The position numbers were made by a program, and so were the translations under genes. Of a stretch of DNA of 64,000 nt, positions 48,861 through 58,526 are shown piece by piece (positions within the stretch are counted from its first letter, which is position 1; the number at the start of each line of letters is the position of its first letter). Source of the stretch: Verrucomicrobiota bacterium. GTDB lineage: Bacteria > Verrucomicrobiota > Verrucomicrobiia > Limisphaerales > SIBE01. A model generated the notes under the pieces. It was not told where the DNA came from. It did not search any database and saw only the letters and a list, made by a program, of their open reading frames with translations. The DNA is taken from contig JAXMHN010000017.1 of assembly GCA_046346765.1 (NCBI GenBank), positions 5,437 through 69,436 of the forward strand. Direction: 5' to 3'.

Positions 48861-51245
48861 ATGAAAAAGGTCATCAGTTGGGCCATGTGGGTTCTCCTCG
48901 CACTGCTGGGCGCCGGCGCTTATGGCACGCTCGCGTTCAAACGGGGTGAACCGTTGAATTCGGCCTACATTCTGGTCGCCGCCCTATGCAGTTACGCGAT
49001 TGGCTACCGCTTTTACTCCAAGTGGATCGCCACGCGTGTCTTGATGATCAATGAGCGGCGCGCCACCCCTTGTGAGGTTCACGACGACGGCAAGGACTTC
49101 GTTCGAACCAACAAGTGGATCGTCTTTGGCCACCACTTCGCCGCCATCTCCGGTCCCGGCCCGCTGGTGGGACCTGTGCTGGCCGCCCAATTCGGATATC
49201 TGCCTGGGACACTGTGGATTCTGATCGGGGTGGTCCTGGGAGGGGCGGTGCAGGACTTCGTCATCCTCTTCGCTTCCATGCGGCGGAACGGCAAGTCTCT
49301 CGGCCAAATGCTGCGGGAAGAGTTGAACACCACCGCTGGATATGTGGGAGCGGCAGCCATTCTCGCCATTATGGTGATCTTGTTGGCGGTGCTGGCGCTG
49401 GTTGTGGTCAAGGCGCTGGCGGAAAGCCCATGGGGGGTGTTTACGGTCGGAGCGACCATCCCCATCGCCCTTTTCATGGGATCCTATCTGCGTTTCTGGC
49501 GGGTGGGCAAAGTGCTGGAGGCGTCGGCCTGCGGCATCGTCCTCTTGCTCCTGGCGGTGTGGGGCGGCCAGTTTGTCCATTTGAACCCGGCCTGGGCGAA
49601 GGCATTCACCTTGCGGGCCGAACCGCTGGCCTGGGGGATCATCGTTTACGGCTTGGCCGCGAGCGTGCTGCCGGTGTGGCTTTTGCTGGCGCCCCGGGAC
49701 TATTTGAGCACTTTCATGAAGCTGGGGACGATCGCCGCGCTGGCTTTGGGCGTCTTTCTCGTCCTGCCAGAGCTGCAAATGCCCGCCTTGAGCCGATTTA
49801 TCGACGGCTCCGGACCGGTGGTTGCCGGCGGACTGTTCCCGTTTTGCTTCATCACGATTGCGTGCGGCGCCATTTCGGGTTTCCACACGCTGATTGCGAG
49901 CGGCATTACGCCTAAGATTATCACCCGCGAAAGCTATGCCCGGTCGATTGGGTACGGAGCGATGTGCCTCGAATCGCTCGTGGCGATCATGGCCATCATC
50001 GCCGCGTGCACGTTGGAGCCGGGGGTCTATCTGAGTATGAACATCAAGGGAGCCGGGACGACGGAGGCAGCCGTGGCGCAGGACACCGTCGCCAGAGTGA
50101 ATGCGGCGGGCTTTCCCGTGACCGTTGGGCAGATGCAAGATCTGGCGACCCAGATTGGCGAAAAGACGCTTTTTGGGCGGACAGGCGGGGCGGCGACGCT
50201 GGCGGTCGGCATGGCCCACATCTTCTCACGCGCGGTCAGCGGCCGCTGGCTCGATCTTTGGTATCACTTCGCCATCATGTTCGAGGCCCTATTCATCCTA
50301 ACCACGCTGGATGCCGGGACCCGTGTGGGACGCTATCTGCTGCATGACATCCTCGGCAACCTCTGGAAGCCGTTGGGCGAAACCAAGAGCATCGCCGCCA
50401 ACCTCGTCGCGAGCACCCTGATGGTCGGGGCCTGGGGTTACTTCCTTATCCAGGGCGTCCGAGATCCCCTCGGGGGCATCAACTCCCTCTGGCCTCTGTT
50501 CGGCATCGCCAATCAACTGCTGGCGGCCGTGGCGTTGTGTCTCGCCACAACGATCCTTCTTAAAATGCAGCTCAAACCGGCCGCCGAGCGGCGCCGGCCG
50601 GTGTTTGCCTGGGTGACCCTCGTTCCCTTGCTCTGGTTGCTGACCGTGACCACGACCGCTGGCGTGCAAAAGATCTTTCATCCCAAGCCGACCATCGGCT
50701 TTCTGGCGAAAGCCCGAGCGCTCGACGCCGCACTGCCCACCCTCCAAGCGGCCTTGACGGCCGCGAAGGCTGCGGGCGAAGCGCCTGCGATCGAGCGAGT
50801 CAGCAAGGCTCTCCGGCAGAATCGGACGGAGCACTTCAATCAAGTGCTGGATGCCGTCGTCGCGGGGATCTTTCTCAGCCTGGTGGTGTTCATCGTTCTT
50901 CTCAGCCTGCGCGAGTGGTTCCTGCTCCTGGCGCGGCGCCGGCCGGCGGACTTGCACGAGACCGAGGCGGTCTGGCTTCCGGACTATGCCCTTGCTCCCG
51001 GACGGCGGGCCCACGTCCTCGGCGCGGTGGCGCTTGGCTTTGCCCTGGCCAAGGAGCTTTCGGGCGAAGCTGACCTGGCCCGGCTCAAGGGCCCCGGAAC
51101 AGTTTGCAGCCACGACCCCGACCGCGGCGGGGGCAGCGACGCTTGTTGTCGGCCGGAGGCACTGGCGGAGGCGCGCCGGGCGGACGCGCGGGCCTATCTC
51201 GCGATGACGGCACGGCGGTTCGATGGCGTGAGAAGGTGTTGTTGA
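48861..51245 (+). CDS. cstA: carbon starvation protein A family transporter (peptide/pyruvate uptake) with ~85-aa C-terminal extension
   Basis: 794-aa ORF. Hallmark CstA N-terminus: YRFYSKWIATRVL..TNKWIVFGHHFAAISGPGPLVGPVLAAQFGYLPG. Many TM segments. The extension ends in ..RRFDGVRRCC. Confidence 0.9.
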   Translation: MKKVISWAMWVLLALLGAGAYGTLAFKRGEPLNSAYILVAALCSYAIGYRFYSKWIATRVLMINERRATPCEVHDDGKDFVRTNKWIVFGHHFAAISGPGPLVGPVLAAQFGYLPGTLWILIGVVLGGAVQDFVILFASMRRNGKSLGQMLREELNTTAGYVGAAAILAIMVILLAVLALVVVKALAESPWGVFTVGATIPIALFMGSYLRFWRVGKVLEASACGIVLLLLAVWGGQFVHLNPAWAKAFTLRAEPLAWGIIVYGLAASVLPVWLLLAPRDYLSTFMKLGTIAALALGVFLVLPELQMPALSRFIDGSGPVVAGGLFPFCFITIACGAISGFHTLIASGITPKIITRESYARSIGYGAMCLESLVAIMAIIAACTLEPGVYLSMNIKGAGTTEAAVAQDTVARVNAAGFPVTVGQMQDLATQIGEKTLFGRTGGAATLAVGMAHIFSRAVSGRWLDLWYHFAIMFEALFILTTLDAGTRVGRYLLHDILGNLWKPLGETKSIAANLVASTLMVGAWGYFLIQGVRDPLGGINSLWPLFGIANQLLAAVALCLATTILLKMQLKPAAERRRPVFAWVTLVPLLWLLTVTTTAGVQKIFHPKPTIGFLAKARALDAALPTLQAALTAAKAAGEAPAIERVSKALRQNRTEHFNQVLDAVVAGIFLSLVVFIVLLSLREWFLLLARRRPADLHETEAVWLPDYALAPGRRAHVLGAVALGFALAKELSGEADLARLKGPGTVCSHDPDRGGGSDACCRPEALAEARRADARAYLAMTARRFDGVRRCC

Positions 51246-51248
51246 ACT

Positions 51249-51824
51249 ATGGAACGCATCGGCCTGTTTGGAGGGTCCTTCAACCCTGTGCATGGTGGCC
51301 ATCTGCTCGTGGCGCAGAGCGCCCTGGAGGAGTTGGAACTCTCCCGCCTCTTCTTCATTCCCGCCGCCCAATCTCCGTTCAAGCCTGGCGTGCAGCTGGC
51401 CCCGGGCCAAGAGCGCCTGCGCCTTTTGCGCCTGGCTTTGGTTGGGCAAAGCCGCTGCGCGATCGACGACCAGGAGATCGAGCGAGCTGGCATCTCCTAT
51501 TCGATTGATACGGTCCGCAACTATGCCCGGTCGTTTCCCCATGCCGAACTCTGGTATTTGATTGGCGGCGACCATGCGCCACTCCTGCCCAAGTGGCGCG
51601 AGTCCAGTGAACTGGCCGCGCGGGTGCAGATCGGCATTATTGCCAGGCCCGGGCAATCCGCGACCGCATTGCCGGCGCCCTTTCGGGGCAGGACGCTGCG
51701 AGGGTGGCCTTTCGACATATCGGCCTCGGAAATTCGGGCCCGGGTGCGGGCGGGGCGGCCGATTGATTGGCTAGTGCCGTCGGCGGTCGCAGAGGCGATC
51801 CGCATTTATCGACTTTATCTTTGA
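51249..51824 (+). CDS. nadD: nicotinate-nucleotide adenylyltransferase
   Basis: GLFGGSFNPVHGGHL (the (H/T)xGH motif), ISYSIDTV and ISASEIR motifs. Starts 3 nt after the cstA stop. Confidence 0.9.
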   Translation: MERIGLFGGSFNPVHGGHLLVAQSALEELELSRLFFIPAAQSPFKPGVQLAPGQERLRLLRLALVGQSRCAIDDQEIERAGISYSIDTVRNYARSFPHAELWYLIGGDHAPLLPKWRESSELAARVQIGIIARPGQSATALPAPFRGRTLRGWPFDISASEIRARVRAGRPIDWLVPSAVAEAIRIYRLYL

Positions 51825-51851
51825 GAGAGCTTACGGCATCTTGACGCCAGC

Positions 51852-52235
51852 ATGGAAGCTCGCGAATTGGCGCTGCACTGCCGGGAACTGGCTGATGGCA
51901 AAAAAGCGGAGAACATCGTTATCCTGGACGTCCGCGAAGTCTCTTCGATCACTGACTATTTCGTCATTGCCACCGGGACGAGCGAGCCGCACCTGCGCGC
52001 CATTGTCGATGCGATTCGAGACACCCTGGAGGAGGATCACGGCCTGAGTCCCCGCGCCACGGATGGCAAATTGGAAACGTCCTGGGTGGTGCTGGACTAC
52101 TTTGACGTGATTGTTCACATCATGCGGGCTGATATTCGGGAACATTACGACCTGGAAAGCCTGTGGAGTGATGCGCCTCGCTTGCGCCAGCGCCGGAAAC
52201 CTGCCGCGCGAAAGCAAGCCGCGGCCAAGCGCTGA
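51852..52235 (+). CDS. rsfS: ribosome silencing factor
   Basis: KKAENIVILDVREVSSITDYFVIATGTSEPHLRAIVDAI..WVVLDYFDVIVHIM..REHYDLESLW. In the usual nadD-rsfS order. Confidence 0.85.
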   Translation: MEARELALHCRELADGKKAENIVILDVREVSSITDYFVIATGTSEPHLRAIVDAIRDTLEEDHGLSPRATDGKLETSWVVLDYFDVIVHIMRADIREHYDLESLWSDAPRLRQRRKPAARKQAAAKR

Positions 52236-52274
52236 CGTTGGGAAGAGGTACCCGCGAGGAGGTGAGCCTGGACG

Positions 52275-52296
52275 GTTCGCTCTGCCGGCCGTTGGG
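52275..52296. terminator. GC-rich hairpin between convergent rsfS and PUR-like genes (no U-tract)
   Basis: CCGGCCG-TTGGGCAG-CGGCCGG read directly from the sequence. Confidence 0.25.
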
Positions 52297-52332
52297 CAGC
52301 GGCCGGACCTACCGCCGCCCCGGAAGCAGCTG

Positions 52333-52635
52333 CTATTCGCCGTGACCAGGCGCCTTGGTCGGCGTCTCCTGCGAAGCTTTCAGCATGTCCACAAACACCC
52401 GATTAAAATCCTCCAGACCGGTTGCGGGGATGATGATGGTATCGCGGCGGCCGTTGACATCCTCAGTGATGCGGAGGAAGCGGCCCCGCGGGTTCTCCTT
52501 AAGGGTAAAGACAAAGGTCTTGCGCTCGATCTGCACCTTGTCGGTCTTGATGGTTTCTTCGACCACGCTTGGCTTCGAAGGCTGATGCGGATGAGATCGA
52601 TGTCCGTAAGGAGAAGGCCGTTCGTTCGATATCAT
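52333..52635 (-). CDS. PUR-alpha-like nucleic-acid-binding protein (DUF3276 family)
   Basis: 100-aa ORF with ATG start. KVQIERKTFVFTLKENPRGRFLRITEDVNGRRDTIIIPATGLEDF is the typical single PUR repeat pattern. Confidence 0.7.
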   Translation of the reverse strand: MISNERPSPYGHRSHPHQPSKPSVVEETIKTDKVQIERKTFVFTLKENPRGRFLRITEDVNGRRDTIIIPATGLEDFNRVFVDMLKASQETPTKAPGHGE

Positions 52636-52855
52636 ACAGTGGTTCCCGCTGATTGCTGATCGCGCTTGAGAATTTTACTTATTGTTTACAGACCAATACG
52701 ATAGGGTGTTTGTCAACCCCTCAACTTTGGCGCTCGGCTCCCGGCCGGAGGGCCACCCCCCAGCCGAACTTGGCCGGGACGTTTGGATTTCGCTTTTCAA
52801 GCATTTTCATCTCCAACCTTGTCGGACCGATACTAAGTGTTATCGTTCCCTGGTC

Positions 52856-53884
52856 ATGTCTGTGTCAACCGAAGCTCGCAAACCGTTGCGAATGGTGACT
52901 TGTGGAGGCTGCGGCGCCAAGGTCTTCATCCCCGGTGAATTGGCTCCGCTTTCGACCGTCCCCTGCACCAAATGCAGTTTTCCGCTGATGATGCCGCTCC
53001 GCTTGCGCCAGTTCGAGCTCCTCATGCCGATCGCGTCCGGAGGCATGGGGACGGTTTACCGCGCCTTTGACACCACCCTGCAGCGCGAAGTGGCCATTAA
53101 GTTGATGAAGCGCGGCGTCGCCGAAGACCCGAAGGGGCTTGATAATTTTGTGCAGGAAGCGCGCGCCTGCGCCTCGCTCAATCATACCAACATCATTCAC
53201 GTTTACGCCTTCGATGAATCCGATGGCGAACGCTACCTGGTGATGGAGCTGGCCGACTGCGGAAGCTTGGACAACCGCATCGAGCGAGAGCAGCGGTTGC
53301 CGGAGCTGGATGTGCTCGACATCGGGACGCAAGTCGCCTCCGCTCTGGCGGCGGCTCTGAAACGCAATATCATTCATCGGGACATCAAACCCGGCAACAT
53401 CCTCTTCAACGCCGAAGGCGAACCCAAGCTGATCGACTTCGGCTTGGCGCGCAAAGTCGAAGCTGATCTCCAGGAGGAAGCAGTTTGGGGTACCCCGTAC
53501 TACATCGCACCGGAGAAGATCAAGCGGGAGCGAGAAGACTTCCTTTCGGACCTCTACAGCCTGGCCGGCACACTTTACCACGCTTTGACCGGCCATGTCC
53601 CCTTCGAAGCGCCTAGTATTGACGAGGTCATCGCCGCCCATATTCATACGCCACTGACCCCTCCCCATTTGGTCGTGCCCGAGGTCACTCTGCCCACCAG
53701 CGAAGCCCTCGTCCGCGCCATGGCCAAACAGCCCGCGGAGCGATTTCAGACTTACGACGAGTTGATCATGGCTTTAACAGCCGCTCGCAGCCAACTCCTC
53801 GTCAGCCAGCTGCGCAATCAGGGCCGCGGGGATGGCTCAACTGCGCGCTCGGCGGCGCCGCGCAGCTGGTGGCGCCGATCGTAG
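52856..53884 (+). CDS. Ser/Thr protein kinase with N-terminal zinc-ribbon
   Basis: ATG at 52856. CGGCGAKV..CTKCSF ribbon. Kinase subdomains GGMGTVYRA, VAIKLM, HRDIKPGNILF, DFGLAR and GTPYYIAPE. Confidence 0.85.
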   Translation: MSVSTEARKPLRMVTCGGCGAKVFIPGELAPLSTVPCTKCSFPLMMPLRLRQFELLMPIASGGMGTVYRAFDTTLQREVAIKLMKRGVAEDPKGLDNFVQEARACASLNHTNIIHVYAFDESDGERYLVMELADCGSLDNRIEREQRLPELDVLDIGTQVASALAAALKRNIIHRDIKPGNILFNAEGEPKLIDFGLARKVEADLQEEAVWGTPYYIAPEKIKREREDFLSDLYSLAGTLYHALTGHVPFEAPSIDEVIAAHIHTPLTPPHLVVPEVTLPTSEALVRAMAKQPAERFQTYDELIMALTAARSQLLVSQLRNQGRGDGSTARSAAPRSWWRRS

Positions 53885-53994
53885 CGCCTGTCGCCGGCCA
53901 GCCGGGCGGTCGCATCGGCCTGAGTTGTTAGCGACTTCTCCGCTCCGGCCTTGTCTCGGCGCCGCGAGTGTTGTATGGAGGAGGACCATTGCCC

Positions 53995-55359
53995 ATGGCC
54001 CGATCACTTGTCATGCACTTCCAGCTTATGCCCTGCTTACGACGCTACGCCTCTCGTTTCCTGGCCATTGCCTTCGTCGGCTCCTTCTTTTCGCCGGTGC
54101 AAGCCGGGGATTGGCCACACTGGCGCGGGCCATTTTACAACGGCTCGACCACTGAAAAAGGGCTGCCCACCACGTTCAGCAAGACCGAGCACGTCGTCTG
54201 GACCGCGCCCATGCCCGGCCCGGCGGCGGCCACGCCGATCATTTCAGGTGACAACGTATTCATCAGCTCAGTCGATCAGCAGAAGAAAACCCTGTTGGCC
54301 CTCTGCCTGGACCGCCACACCGGCAAAGTTCGGTGGCGGCACGAAGGAGCCAGCGGGATCAGCAAGGACGATCGGAGCAACTTCGCTTCGGCTTCACCCA
54401 CGACCGATGGCAAGCTCGTTTTCTTCTTCTATGGCAACGGCGACCTGGTCGCTTATGACCTGACCGGAACCAATGTCTGGTCTCGGAATATTCAAAAGGA
54501 TTACGGCCAGTTTGCGTTTCTTTGGACCTTTTCCACCAGCCCCACCCTGTTCGATGGGAAGCTGTTCATTCAAGTTCTGCAGCGCAATGTCGCCGTCAAT
54601 GGCCGCGGTCGCACGGATGGCCCGAACGATTCCTACCTTCTCGCCCTCGACCCGCGCACCGGACGCGAATTGTGGAAGCAGATCCGTCCCGCGGATGCGC
54701 GCCAGGAATCGTTCGAATCCTTCAACACGCCCATCCCGTTCAGCCATGGCGGACGGGCTGAGATCGTCTGTGTGGGAGGCGACTGCATCACGGGGCACGA
54801 TCCCGCGACCGGCCGCGAACTCTGGCGCTGGGGCACATGGAACCCGACCAAGATCACCCACTGGCGGATGGTCACCTCGCCGGTGGCCGGCGGCGCGGTC
54901 GTGCTGGCCTGCGCTCCCAAAGGCTCGCCCATCTACGCGGTCAAGGCGGGTAGCTCGGGCACGCTGGATGACTCAGCGCTGGCTTGGGTGAGCAAAGATC
55001 GTGAAGTCTCCTCGGACGTGTCGACTCCAGCCTTCTACCAGGACCACTTCTACGTCCTGAACAGCGATCGGCGTACTCTCTCCTGCCTGGAGCCTGCGAC
55101 TGGCCGCGTCCTCTGGACGGGCATACTCGAAAGCCGCGCCAAGTTCGAATGTTCACCCACGGTCGCGGACGACAAGATCTACATGATCAATCATCGGGGC
55201 GAGGTCTTTGTGGCGCAGGTCGGGCCGGAGTTCAAGCTGCTGCATTCGACCCCGATGGGTGACGAAAGCGACTCGACAGTGCGCTCGAGCGTGGCGATTG
55301 CGGATGGCCATCTCTATATCCGCACGGGCAGCCAGCTCTATTGCGTCGGGACGAAATGA
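53995..55359 (+). CDS. secreted PQQ-like beta-propeller repeat protein
   Basis: ATG at 53995 gives a signal peptide. GDWPHWRGP..G.. opening and repeated ..A.D..TG...W.. blades (LCLDRHTGKVRW, ALDPRTGRELW, GHDPATGRELWRW, CLEPATGRVLW). Confidence 0.8.
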   Translation: MARSLVMHFQLMPCLRRYASRFLAIAFVGSFFSPVQAGDWPHWRGPFYNGSTTEKGLPTTFSKTEHVVWTAPMPGPAAATPIISGDNVFISSVDQQKKTLLALCLDRHTGKVRWRHEGASGISKDDRSNFASASPTTDGKLVFFFYGNGDLVAYDLTGTNVWSRNIQKDYGQFAFLWTFSTSPTLFDGKLFIQVLQRNVAVNGRGRTDGPNDSYLLALDPRTGRELWKQIRPADARQESFESFNTPIPFSHGGRAEIVCVGGDCITGHDPATGRELWRWGTWNPTKITHWRMVTSPVAGGAVVLACAPKGSPIYAVKAGSSGTLDDSALAWVSKDREVSSDVSTPAFYQDHFYVLNSDRRTLSCLEPATGRVLWTGILESRAKFECSPTVADDKIYMINHRGEVFVAQVGPEFKLLHSTPMGDESDSTVRSSVAIADGHLYIRTGSQLYCVGTK

Positions 55360-55362
55360 GAC

Positions 55363-56820
55363 TCAGAGACTGTAATCGACGTAGACGGTCTTCATCTTGG
55401 TATAGAAATCGATCGCCCCGGCGCCTTGTTCCTTGAACGAATCGGTGCTCGATTTTTTGACGCCGCCGAAGGGAGCTTGCAGGGCCAGGCCGGTAGAGAT
55501 CTGATTGACTTTGACAACCCCGGCTTCGATCCGATCGGCGTAAAGCATCGCCTTGCGGAGGTCTTTGGTTACAATCGAGGCCGACAGGCCAACGTCCACG
55601 CCGTTGGCGATTGCCAAAGCATTCTCAAAACTCTCCGCCGGCATGATCGCAACGACCGGTCCAAAGACCTCTTCGCACGCAATCCGCATCTGGGCCGTGA
55701 TATTGCCCAGGACGGTCGGCTCCATGAAATAGCCCTGGACGAATTCATCCCGGCTCAAGCGCTGTCCCCCGCACAGCAGCTGCCCGCCTTGCGCCACCGC
55801 GCCTTCTACGTAATCCAGATTCCCGGCCAACTGCGGTTTGCTCACAGCCGGCCCCATCTCGACCCCGGGAGTCAGCCCGTTGCCGACGTGGAGAGCACGC
55901 GCTTTGGCCACCAGCCGTTCGGTGAAGGGCTCAACCACGCTCTTCTCCACGATCGCCCGACTGGTGGCGGTGCAAGCCTGCCCGGTCAGGCCAAACCCAG
56001 CTTTCGCCACCAACGTCGCCGCCAGGTCAAGGTCGGCATCCGCCAACACAATCGTCGGGTTCTTCCCGCCCATTTCCATCTGCGCCCGAGCCATCCGCGT
56101 GGCCAGCTGCCCATAAATATGCTGGCCGACCGCGTAAGAGCCGGTGAAGGAAAGCGCCGCCACGCAGCGATGAGTCGCGAGGACCTGGCCAACCGTTCGC
56201 CCCTCGCCAATGACGACGTTGAGCACCCCCTTAGGCAAGCCTGCTTCGTCAAGGGCGCGCACCAATTCCAGCGTCATGCCAGGCGCTTGCGAGGCCGGTT
56301 TGATGACGACCGCATTCCCCGAAACCAAAGCGGGTCCCAGCTTCCAGGCCGGGATGGCAATGGGGAAGTTCCAGGGGGTGATGAGGGCGACGACGCCGAG
56401 CGCTTGCCTCACCGTGTAAAGCAGATTGTTGGGCAGATCATGCGGAATGGTTTGACCGCCGAGCGTGTAGCTGAGCCCACCGAAGAACCGGAAAATGTCG
56501 ATCGCGCGTTGCACTTCCCCGGCGCTCTCTGCCAGCGTTTTTCCCTCCTCGCGCGTGAGCAGTTCGCTCAGGACGGCTTTGCGGCTTTCCAGGATTTGCG
56601 AGGCTTTGCTCAGGATGCGACCGCGCGCGACTGGAGTCATGCCACTCCAGCCGGGAAAGGCCGCCGCAGCCGCATCGACCGCCGCGGCCGCATCCTCCGT
56701 CCCGCTGAGTGGATACTCAGCGACGACTTCGCGGGTGTCGGCCGGATTGACGTTTTGAAAGGTCTGTCCTGATTTGGCTGAAACCCATTCGCCACCGATG
56801 AAATTGTTGTGTTTTTGCAT
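55363..56820 (-). CDS. NAD(P)-dependent aldehyde dehydrogenase
   Basis: 485-aa ORF. FIGGEWV opening, ITPWNFP, EMGGKNP (catalytic Glu) and GQACTA (catalytic Cys) motifs. Confidence 0.9.
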   Translation of the reverse strand: MQKHNNFIGGEWVSAKSGQTFQNVNPADTREVVAEYPLSGTEDAAAAVDAAAAAFPGWSGMTPVARGRILSKASQILESRKAVLSELLTREEGKTLAESAGEVQRAIDIFRFFGGLSYTLGGQTIPHDLPNNLLYTVRQALGVVALITPWNFPIAIPAWKLGPALVSGNAVVIKPASQAPGMTLELVRALDEAGLPKGVLNVVIGEGRTVGQVLATHRCVAALSFTGSYAVGQHIYGQLATRMARAQMEMGGKNPTIVLADADLDLAATLVAKAGFGLTGQACTATSRAIVEKSVVEPFTERLVAKARALHVGNGLTPGVEMGPAVSKPQLAGNLDYVEGAVAQGGQLLCGGQRLSRDEFVQGYFMEPTVLGNITAQMRIACEEVFGPVVAIMPAESFENALAIANGVDVGLSASIVTKDLRKAMLYADRIEAGVVKVNQISTGLALQAPFGGVKKSSTDSFKEQGAGAIDFYTKMKTVYVDYSL

Positions 56821-56910
56821 TCGCCCTCACCGATGCAAACACCATTAGCCCATTCCACGGCGGCGGGCGACACCTAATTCTGGCCGGGGAGGCGGCCCGA
56901 CCACCCCGGC

Positions 56911-57825
56911 TCATTGTCCGGGACCACGTTCTTGGCGGCCGCGCAGCAGCCCGTCGACCGGGGCGAAGTCATCGGTCAGGATCGGCGAGCGAAGGAAGGA
57001 GGAGGGCGGGTCGTTCCGGAATGAGCGAATGCGGACCTGGAAATCGGGAATGGTTCGCAACCCGGCGACGATGAGATCCTGGCCCTGGCGGAAGGCGGCG
57101 GCTGGAGTCATCAGCTCCTTGTTCTTGGTAGCGACCATGACGACATTCGAGGAGTCGGTCGCGGGGAAGAGGTAAACCTGCGGAAAGACCTGGCGCATGG
57201 TCCGATAAACCGAGCCGAGCACGTCCGCGCGCCAGCCTTGCAGGGACCCGATGACATTATAGGCGAGCACACCGTTTTCGGTAAGGTGCTTGTTCGCCAG
57301 CACGAAGAACTCTCTCGTAACGAGATGATGTGGAATGGAGGAACCGTATCGATTCCGCGTATAGGCATCCATGAGAAGCACGTCGTACTTCTTGTCGGTA
57401 TTGCGCAAAAAGAGGCGCCCATCGGACAGGATCACCTTGTTCGTGGAATTGTCCGGGAATTGGAAGTACTCCCGGGCCACCTTCACCACCAGAGGATCGA
57501 TCTCGGCCGTCTCGACGCTTACTTGGGGTGAGTACTTTTGATAGGCCCGTTGGACGCTCGCGCCCCCCAACCCGACCACCAGGATGCGAGTGATGTTCGT
57601 ATGCCAGAGCCAGGGCATGTGAAAATACTCCGTGTATTGGAAATGCCCTTTGCTCGAGTCAGCCAGCGACATTCGCGTCTCCAGAGACGCATCAAAGCTC
57701 AAGACGCGCGTCCCGCGCTCATCCACCACGCGCACGTGGTGATAGGGCGAGGTGCCATCAAACACAATGGCCGCGCTGGCCGTCCAAACCAGCGACCAGG
57801 CGAGGATGGGATAGAGCGCTTTCAT
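56911..57825 (-). CDS. spermidine-synthase-like (polyamine aminopropyltransferase fold) protein with N-terminal anchor
   Basis: ATG at 57825 (MKALYPILAWSLVWTASAA). ILVVGLGGASV..VETAEIDP..YDVLLMDAY.. class I SAM-dependent/spermine synthase pattern. Confidence 0.8.
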   Translation of the reverse strand: MKALYPILAWSLVWTASAAIVFDGTSPYHHVRVVDERGTRVLSFDASLETRMSLADSSKGHFQYTEYFHMPWLWHTNITRILVVGLGGASVQRAYQKYSPQVSVETAEIDPLVVKVAREYFQFPDNSTNKVILSDGRLFLRNTDKKYDVLLMDAYTRNRYGSSIPHHLVTREFFVLANKHLTENGVLAYNVIGSLQGWRADVLGSVYRTMRQVFPQVYLFPATDSSNVVMVATKNKELMTPAAAFRQGQDLIVAGLRTIPDFQVRIRSFRNDPPSSFLRSPILTDDFAPVDGLLRGRQERGPGQ

Positions 57826-57836
57826 GCCGGAACCCT

Positions 57837-58526
57837 TCACAATGTCGTCTCTGCAGGCAATGCTTCTCTTCGAATCCAGCCGCTGGCCAGGAGACAAAGG
57901 ACGCCCAACGCAATCGTTAACCCGCCGACCGCCCGGAAGATGGCCGAAAGCCGCATCAGATCTATCAGAACATATCCCGAGACGAAAACGCCGGCGATGC
58001 TACCGACGGTGCTGGCCGCGATGACTAATCCGCTCGCCCGTCCAATGTGACTCAAGCGGCGCGTTTCGAGGCGGATGATATAAGGGGATAACGTCGCCAG
58101 AGCGAAGCAGGGAAGCAGAAAAATCAAAGCGCTGCCAATGGCCGGATCCAGCTTCTGCCAGAACGGCGAGATATCCTGATCGGCCGGATGCCGGGCAATG
58201 ATGGCGTTGATCAATCGATCGGCAAATTCGGGGATGAAGGAGGTGACCAGCCCGGTCGGAATCAGCAGCCAGGCCGGGAATGAGACCCGGTCCTGCCGGT
58301 CAGCGAGCGCTCCCCCAACGTAGTAACCACCCGCCAGAGCGATCAGAATAACCCCGATTTGGCTGGTCCAGACGTAAACCGAGCCACCGAAGTCCTTGGC
58401 CAGGTAGCGGGCTCCGACGATCTCCAGGACCATGATGAGAAAGCCGCCGATAAAGACGATCGCCATTGCCAGTGCGCTGCGCATGCCGAAAAGTAGCCGC
58501 CGCGACGGTGCTTGAGAAGCCGGCAT
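57837..58526 (-). CDS. polytopic membrane protein, probably the membrane module of a split 'fused MFS/spermidine synthase'-type protein
   Basis: The hydrophobic ORF ends 11 nt before the spermidine-synthase-like start. ATG at 58526 (the listed 58610 is GTG). Confidence 0.65.
   Translation of the reverse strand: MPASQAPSRRLLFGMRSALAMAIVFIGGFLIMVLEIVGARYLAKDFGGSVYVWTSQIGVILIALAGGYYVGGALADRQDRVSFPAWLLIPTGLVTSFIPEFADRLINAIIARHPADQDISPFWQKLDPAIGSALIFLLPCFALATLSPYIIRLETRRLSHIGRASGLVIAASTVGSIAGVFVSGYVLIDLMRLSAIFRAVGGLTIALGVLCLLASGWIRREALPAETTL

Noticed and set aside
48491-48886. 131-aa minus-strand ORF spanning the fpg-cstA intergenic region
   Set aside because: It overlaps the cstA start, has no motifs or plausible start context, and has poor composition. 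The region is treated as non-coding leader/regulatory sequence.
38246-56772. Other long antisense ORFs (38246..39376, 39710..40789, 48984..50219, 50298..51656, 46528..47382, 52865..53668, 55426..56772, 44740..45576)
   Set aside because: All lie entirely within well-supported genes on the other strand (CotH giant, cstA/nadD, GAF kinase, Ser/Thr kinase, aldehyde dehydrogenase, GDPD) and look like GC-driven open frames.
57825-57897. Apparent 61-nt overlap of ORFs 57837..58610 and 56911..57897 as another frameshift
   Set aside because: An in-frame ATG at 57825 with a hydrophobic N-terminus gives a clean 11-nt intergenic gap, so a disruption is not required. It is still flagged as uncertain in the findings.
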